Origin: a virus
Taxonomy: Duplodnaviria > Heunggongvirae > Uroviricota > Caudoviricetes
Strand: one strand, 5' to 3'
IMG/VR virus record: IMGVR_UViG_3300045988_014132
Coordinates: 1-22,620 of that record
Length of the DNA stretch: 22,620 nucleotides
In this document: piece by piece, positions 17,548-22,620 of the stretch
How positions within the stretch are numbered: the stretch's first letter is position 1
Layout of the letters: each line of letters opens with the position of its first letter
Notes under the pieces: model-generated
Databases searched by the model: none
Seen by the model: only the letters and a program-made list of their open reading frames with translations
Told to the model about the DNA's origin: nothing
Program-made: the position numbers and the translations under genes

Positions 17548-20283
17548 ATGGCTAATTACCGTGATTTGTTAGAGCAGGCTGGCGCACGTTACGGTGTGCC
17601 AGAAGGGTTGATGACTGCACTGGGTGCCAAGGAGTCTTCTTACAACCCTGCCGCAGTAAGCTCCGCCGGGGCTGTAGGATTGACTCAGGTCATGCCTGGG
17701 ACATGGCGTGATATGGGTTATACCGATGAGCAAATGCAAAACCCCGAATATCAGGCTGACGCTGGCGCGCGCTATCTGGCAAAGATGTACCAGCAGTTTG
17801 GTAACTGGCGTGATGCTCTTCAGGCTTATCACGACGGTCCCGGCAACGTTATGAAGGCAAAGCGTGGTGAATATACGCCAGGACCTGAAGGCCGCGGTTA
17901 CGTTGATGATCGCTTTGCTCAATGGGCGGGTGACCCGGTGACAGACTCAACAGTCGAACAGCGCGCCACCTCTGCAAAGGTACATCCTCAGCAAGACCCT
18001 AACAACCCGTTTGCACAACTGGAAGCACAGTCATCCGAACAAGTATCGGCATCAGGTGTGCAGTCAGACCCAAATAATCCATTTGCTCAGATTGAGCAGC
18101 AGGCAGCCAGTCAGCAGCCACCTCAACCCGTAAGTTCTGTCGCACCGAAACCTGTTCAGCAACAAACAGTTAATCAGGCCAATAATGAATCAGCACGTGA
18201 AGAACCATCATTGATACAACAAGCTGGCGATTGGCTCACAGGTGGTCAAAGTGCAGGGCAAATTGCAGAGCAGGCTGGTCGTGGTCTGGTAAACATACCA
18301 TTTGACGTATTGCAGGGTGGCGCAAGTCTGATTAATGCAATCAGCCAGGGGCTTGGTGGCCCCAAGGTTTTGGACGATGTCTATCGTCCAGTAGATCGAC
18401 CGACAGACCCTTACGCGCAAGCTGGAGAGTCAATAGGCGGTTATCTTGTTCCTGGAGCAGGAGTAGCTGGAAACATGGTCATTGGTTCTCTCGCTGACGC
18501 GGCGAATCAACGGGGTGATTTTGCCGAAAATGCCGCTATTAATGCCGGACTTAACATTGCTACGCATGGCCTGATAAATGGCGTTACCCGTGGTGTTCGT
18601 GGTGCATCAAATATAATTAGTGGCAATAAAACATCTGCACAGAGAGCGACCACTGCGCCAACAGAAACATCACCATTCTCCGGTGATGCCGCTGCAGCAA
18701 CAAATCCTGCGGTTCATGCCGCAGAGGCAAGAGTAGCACAAGGTGTACCAATGACGCCTGCGACGAGGAACCCAGAGGAAGTCGTTCGCACAGTAGCAGC
18801 ACAAAAAAGGCCAAATCTCGCTTCATCGCTTGATGAACTAGATATCAATCCTCAGGCTGAAGTTCTGGAGTCTGCTGAAAGGCTTAATGTTGATTCATTA
18901 CTCCCTTCACACTTTTCCGGGAACGAGCAATACAAGGCAGTTGAGCAAGCAATCAAGTCCCGTGCGGGTTCTGCTCTACAGGTGCAGGAAAATGAAGCAA
19001 TCAGGCAGCTAGCACAGGGCGCGGGGGAGATAATTGATCGCGTTTCCGGTGCAAAAGATGCTCTTGGTATGAGCGACAAGTTTATTGATACGGTCAATGG
19101 AAGAATGTCTGCGCTGATGAAACGAAGCGACCAGCTTTATCGCAATGTTGAAAAGGCGATGCCTGCAGGTGCAAAAATTGATGCGCCATCAACAAGGTCA
19201 ATGCTCAAACAGGTGGCAGAAGATCTTGGCGGGATGAAAAACCTTGACCCTATTGAAAAGAGAGTCTTTCGGGCAGTTAATCCAGGCAAGAACGGCGCAT
19301 TAACTTATGCAAATCTCAATAAGCAACGACGACTTGTTGGCGATGCACTTCATAAGAATTCTGGACCATATAAAGATGCTGATCGCGCTGCTTTATCGAG
19401 GCTTTACGGTTCGCTCGCCGATGATCAAAAGGCGGCGCTGTCAGAGACAAATGCATTACGTGATTTTGAAGTTGCTCAGAGGCTTGTTCAGATGCGAAAA
19501 AGCATGGAAGAGCAAATGATTAATCTAACTGGCAGAACGCTGAACGGTGATGTTTCTCGCAAAGCAACTACAGCACTACAGGCAATGTCGAAAGGCGATG
19601 CCAAAGGATTTCGTGAATTGATGCAAAACACGCCGTCCAGGAAGCTAAGAACCGAGCTACTGGGAACAGGTCTTCGGGATATGCTTTCGAACGGAAAACG
19701 TGGCGCTGATTTTAATCCTGCAGGGTTTGCTGACTGGTATCAAAACATGTTAGCAAACGGGCAGATGCGCAATCTTGCCCGACATTTACCAAAAGAGACT
19801 ATGTCAGGTCTGAACGATGTATATAAGGTCGCAAAGGCTATCAAAGACGCAAAATCTTACGAGATAACTACAGGAAGACTAAACGAGTTCGTCAAACGGT
19901 TTAATCGCGTCACTGCGGCAAATGAATTTGTTGCCAACCATGCCCAACGCATTGGCACTGCGGTTGGTTCAACTGTGTCAGGACCGTTCAGTGCAGTAGG
20001 TGCTGTTGCTGGGTCAGAAATTGGGGCAAAAGTCGCCAGCAAAATCAGGGCGATGGGCGGCGCTGCATCAATGGAATCTGCAGAAAAGCTAATTAGCTCA
20101 CCAGAATTCCAGAAAGCAGCAAGGCTGGCAGTAAAACAAGCACCAGAAAGCATCGTTGATACAACTGTAAGACGCTCTTCTGCTTGGCGCTCGTTTTACA
20201 ACTCACTTCCAGAATCAGATAAGAAAACCATATCAAGGCTAGGCATCATGTACTGGATGAACAGTGATGATAACCAGAAGTAA
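17548..20283 (+). CDS. Ejection protein (gp16 position) with N-terminal lytic transglycosylase (SLT) domain
   Basis: 911-aa ORF; N-terminal [33 protein letters not shown] ... AYHDGPGNV matches the family-1 SLT catalytic region (Glu-Ser ... GLxQ ... AYNxG); followed by low-complexity Gln/Pro region and a long helical C-terminus. Confidence 0.8.
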   Translation: MANYRDLLEQAGARYGVPEGLMTALGAKESSYNPAAVSSAGAVGLTQVMPGTWRDMGYTDEQMQNPEYQADAGARYLAKMYQQFGNWRDALQAYHDGPGNVMKAKRGEYTPGPEGRGYVDDRFAQWAGDPVTDSTVEQRATSAKVHPQQDPNNPFAQLEAQSSEQVSASGVQSDPNNPFAQIEQQAASQQPPQPVSSVAPKPVQQQTVNQANNESAREEPSLIQQAGDWLTGGQSAGQIAEQAGRGLVNIPFDVLQGGASLINAISQGLGGPKVLDDVYRPVDRPTDPYAQAGESIGGYLVPGAGVAGNMVIGSLADAANQRGDFAENAAINAGLNIATHGLINGVTRGVRGASNIISGNKTSAQRATTAPTETSPFSGDAAAATNPAVHAAEARVAQGVPMTPATRNPEEVVRTVAAQKRPNLASSLDELDINPQAEVLESAERLNVDSLLPSHFSGNEQYKAVEQAIKSRAGSALQVQENEAIRQLAQGAGEIIDRVSGAKDALGMSDKFIDTVNGRMSALMKRSDQLYRNVEKAMPAGAKIDAPSTRSMLKQVAEDLGGMKNLDPIEKRVFRAVNPGKNGALTYANLNKQRRLVGDALHKNSGPYKDADRAALSRLYGSLADDQKAALSETNALRDFEVAQRLVQMRKSMEEQMINLTGRTLNGDVSRKATTALQAMSKGDAKGFRELMQNTPSRKLRTELLGTGLRDMLSNGKRGADFNPAGFADWYQNMLANGQMRNLARHLPKETMSGLNDVYKVAKAIKDAKSYEITTGRLNEFVKRFNRVTAANEFVANHAQRIGTAVGSTVSGPFSAVGAVAGSEIGAKVASKIRAMGGAASMESAEKLISSPEFQKAARLAVKQAPESIVDTTVRRSSAWRSFYNSLPESDKKTISRLGIMYWMNSDDNQK
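17995..18096 (+). repeat. Two copies of an in-frame 30-nt unit encoding DPNNPFAQ(L/I)E within the gp16-like gene
   Basis: gaccctaacaacccgtttgcacaactggaa (17995-18024) and gacccaaataatccatttgctcagattgag (18067-18096) encode the same decapeptide with mostly synonymous differences. Confidence 0.8.
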
Positions 20284-20300
20284 CGGAAAGCCACGGATGG

Positions 20301-20594
20301 TTAGTTGCTGTCTTTTTTATATAAATCTCTGAGCGTATCAAAGACAATTTTCTTTACCATATCGGATTGTTGGTCTGCCATACGCTCTGCATCGTCAATG
20401 TAAACTGGTGCAGAGCTTTGTTTAGCCAATGATTCTTCAATCGCTGCAATTATCTCTGAGTTCAGCGACCTGTTATTCATCTTCGCACACTGCTTAATTT
20501 TCGCGTGGAGTTCATGCGGAAGTCTCAAGTGAAACTGCGCCTCGTCGTATTTGCTGTACATCCTTGATGCCTCACCAGTTGGGTGGAATGGCAT
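20301..20594 (-). CDS. mnt: Mnt-like ribbon-helix-helix repressor (Arc/MetJ superfamily)
   Basis: 97-aa - strand ORF; N-terminal RHH motif (FHLRLPHELHAKIKQCAKMNNRSLNSEIIAAIEESL) and C-terminal DAERMADQQSDMVKKIVFDTLRDLYKK closely resembling the P22 Mnt tetramerisation tail as recalled; convergent with the ejection operon, divergent from the tailspike. Confidence 0.8.
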   Translation of the reverse strand: MPFHPTGEASRMYSKYDEAQFHLRLPHELHAKIKQCAKMNNRSLNSEIIAAIEESLAKQSSAPVYIDDAERMADQQSDMVKKIVFDTLRDLYKKDSN

Positions 20595-20682
20595 CGTAAC
20601 CTACTGGATAAATACTCAATAGTACCATTTCGGTATGCAATCACATCATGGTTGCATCATATCATTCGTCTGGAGCAATGAA
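20595..20682. promoter_or_regulatory. Divergent mnt / tailspike control region with candidate operator
   Basis: 88-bp AT-rich intergenic region; inverted repeat ATGCAA (20635-20640) N11 TTGCAT (20652-20657); GGAG at 20672-20675 serves the tailspike ATG. Confidence 0.45.
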
Positions 20683-22620
20683 ATGTCAGATATCACCGCA
20701 AATGTTGTGGTAAGCATGCCTTCGCAACTCTTCACTATGGCTCGTTCTTTTAAAGCCGTAGCCAATGGCAAAATTTATATCGGTAAAATTGACACTGACC
20801 CGGTAAACCCTGAAAACCAGATTCAGGTTTATGTGGAGAACGAAGACGGCTCTCATGTTCCTGTTTCGCAACCAATCATCATTAACGCTGCTGGTTACCC
20901 AGTATATAACGGACAGATTACCAAATTCGTAACTGTACAAGGCCATTCTATGGCTGTTTATGATGCGTATGGTTCCCAGCAGTTCTATTTTCCTAATGTG
21001 CTGAAGTATGACCCTGACCAATTAAGACAAGAGCTAGCGGGTCCAAATGGATATCTTCTAATCCCATCGATGGATCAGCATATTAAAATTCAGCAGTGGA
21101 GAGAAGAGGGTGACATTCGCGGATGGGGTGCTATTGATGGAGAGTTCAACGATGCTGCTGTATCCGCTGCATTAGACTCTGAATCTCCTAGCGTTAAACT
21201 TGGTGGCGTCGGATTCGTTTCAAAACTTCGCTCACCTATTAACCACAAAAGTAATAAAGTGATGCATAGCGGGTCATTAAACTTTCAATTTGATGGCGGA
21301 ACTCAGCAAGAGAAATCCGGGATACTTATGGCTAACATCTCCAACGCCAAAGTGATTGATGTTGATATAACAGGCACCCTGGATGGAGGAATTCGTGGGT
21401 ACGGTGGCAGCAATATCGTTATAGACGGCGTGAATGTTCACGATATTGGAATTTCAACGCTATCCGGTGAGTGCGGCATAGGAATATGGTTCGGTGATTA
21501 TGCAAACTACGATGTACAGACGGATGGGCTGTTAATTCAAAATTGTAATATCAAAAATATTGGAGGTGTAGGGATACAGCGTGGGGATGGCATCCTGGTT
21601 TATAACGCGAAAAATTTCAAGGTAAGGTATAACACCATCATTACAACCAATAGGATGGCTATTGCAGCTGGAAGTGATACTAGGCAGTTTGAGATTCATG
21701 GAAACTACATAGGTGATACGCTATTAGCTGGTATAGATATTGAGCCTGACGAAGGTTACACTGCTTCAAATTTCAAGATATACAATAACAATATTATCGG
21801 ATTTGCTGCACGATACTTCACTCAAGGATCTGGTGTTGGTCAAACCTTTGGTATAGATACTCATGCTAATACCTCATATGGCAAAGTGTATAAAAACACA
21901 TTGTCTGCAGGACAGTATGGAACAGAAGCATTTCATATAGGAAACCATGCGGATGAGATTGAAGTTACGGATAACAACCTGATTGGCGGTGCTGTTGTAA
22001 TCCCATTATTCATCAAGACATATGATGGTAGTGGTAGTAAACACATCAAAATAAACCGCAACAGGGCAAAAGGGACGTGTAAGTCATTTGCAGATGTAGC
22101 CATGTCTGAAGATGTTTATATTTCTGAAAATGTATTCTCTGGCAATAGTTCTAATGATAGTTATTTCCTGAGAGCGTCAACAATAGCAGGGCTTAATGTT
22201 GACTACAACCGGTCAAGCAACACAACCAATTTCATCAAGTCTGGTGACGCTGGAAACACGTCAAGCGTGAAGGTCACTAATAATAACGCTTCTACCCTTT
22301 CAGATGGTATAGACATGCTAACGTCGGGTTCCATGACTGGTTTTATTGCTTCTGGCAACACTATTTTATGTCCAGCATCCAACAAAGGAATTTCACTGGA
22401 AGTAGCAGGTTCAGGTTCTATTTCAGACATTAGTCTCCGTGGCAACATAATTTATAATGCTACAACCAAAATATATGTATCACCAGCTGCCACGGGATGG
22501 GATATGTTAACCAAAAATACCAGGTTTGATCTGTCTGGAGTTCAAAATGGCACTCAGCTATTTGAACTATCAAGAAATAGAGTTACACAGTTTCTTAACA
22601 ATGCTTGGTATGATGGCTAG
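20683..22620 (+). CDS. 9: Tailspike: P22 gp9-like N-terminal head-binding domain fused to a divergent parallel beta-helix receptor-binding domain
   Basis: Start taken at the internal Met ([50 protein letters not shown]...VLKYDPDQ), matching the conserved gp9 head-binding domain; downstream sequence unlike P22 gp9 but has beta-helix-like repeated N/G/I-rich rungs; TAG stop is 22618-22620, the final bases of the window. Confidence 0.85.
   Translation: MSDITANVVVSMPSQLFTMARSFKAVANGKIYIGKIDTDPVNPENQIQVYVENEDGSHVPVSQPIIINAAGYPVYNGQITKFVTVQGHSMAVYDAYGSQQFYFPNVLKYDPDQLRQELAGPNGYLLIPSMDQHIKIQQWREEGDIRGWGAIDGEFNDAAVSAALDSESPSVKLGGVGFVSKLRSPINHKSNKVMHSGSLNFQFDGGTQQEKSGILMANISNAKVIDVDITGTLDGGIRGYGGSNIVIDGVNVHDIGISTLSGECGIGIWFGDYANYDVQTDGLLIQNCNIKNIGGVGIQRGDGILVYNAKNFKVRYNTIITTNRMAIAAGSDTRQFEIHGNYIGDTLLAGIDIEPDEGYTASNFKIYNNNIIGFAARYFTQGSGVGQTFGIDTHANTSYGKVYKNTLSAGQYGTEAFHIGNHADEIEVTDNNLIGGAVVIPLFIKTYDGSGSKHIKINRNRAKGTCKSFADVAMSEDVYISENVFSGNSSNDSYFLRASTIAGLNVDYNRSSNTTNFIKSGDAGNTSSVKVTNNNASTLSDGIDMLTSGSMTGFIASGNTILCPASNKGISLEVAGSGSISDISLRGNIIYNATTKIYVSPAATGWDMLTKNTRFDLSGVQNGTQLFELSRNRVTQFLNNAWYDG

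Noticed and set aside
20284-20330. T-run (tcttttttat, about 20316-20325) after the gp16-like gene as a possible terminator of the ejection operon.
   Set aside because: No convincing GC-rich hairpin precedes it and it lies inside the 3' end of the - strand mnt coding sequence; not supportable as a terminator from sequence alone.
20635-20682. Upstream ATG at 20635 giving a tailspike with a 16-residue extension [16 protein letters not shown].
   Set aside because: P22-family tailspikes begin M(S/T)DITANVVV; the internal ATG at 20683 has GGAG 8 nt upstream, and the extension would run through the candidate operator. Start moved to 20683.
1-22620. CRISPR array, integrase/attachment site, transposase or IS element.
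   Set aside because: No direct repeats interspersed with spacers, no tyrosine or serine recombinase-like ORF, no terminal inverted repeats flanking a transposase. The window is entirely phage late-region DNA.

Overview
This window is a contiguous late-region segment of a mosaic lambdoid/P22-like temperate podovirus, either a phage genome or an integrated prophage of an enterobacterial host. All major genes are on the + strand. From left to right: (1) the end of the nin region (NinF tail, a Rha/KilAC antirepressor-like gene, YbcO-like DUF1364, RusA, NinH); (2) a lambda-type late switch and lysis cassette (Q, pR'-like promoter with leader terminators, S holin, R endolysin, Rz with embedded Rz1); (3) an accessory segment of small unknown ORFs between lysis and packaging genes; (4) a P22/Sf6-type morphogenetic module in canonical order (small and large terminase, portal, scaffold, coat, gp4, gp10, tail needle with C-terminal knob, gp14-like, three ejection proteins); (5) a lone Mnt-like ribbon-helix-helix repressor on the - strand; (6) a tailspike whose stop codon is the last three bases of the window. 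No rRNA, tRNA, CRISPR array, integrase or transposase was seen. Protein identifications rest on recalled similarity to lambda and P22 proteins and on synteny, not on a database search. The most promising places for undescribed function are the small-ORF segment at 4138-5678, the oversized third ejection protein with a lytic transglycosylase domain, the divergent tailspike receptor domain, and the orphan Mnt plus relocated antirepressor-like gene.
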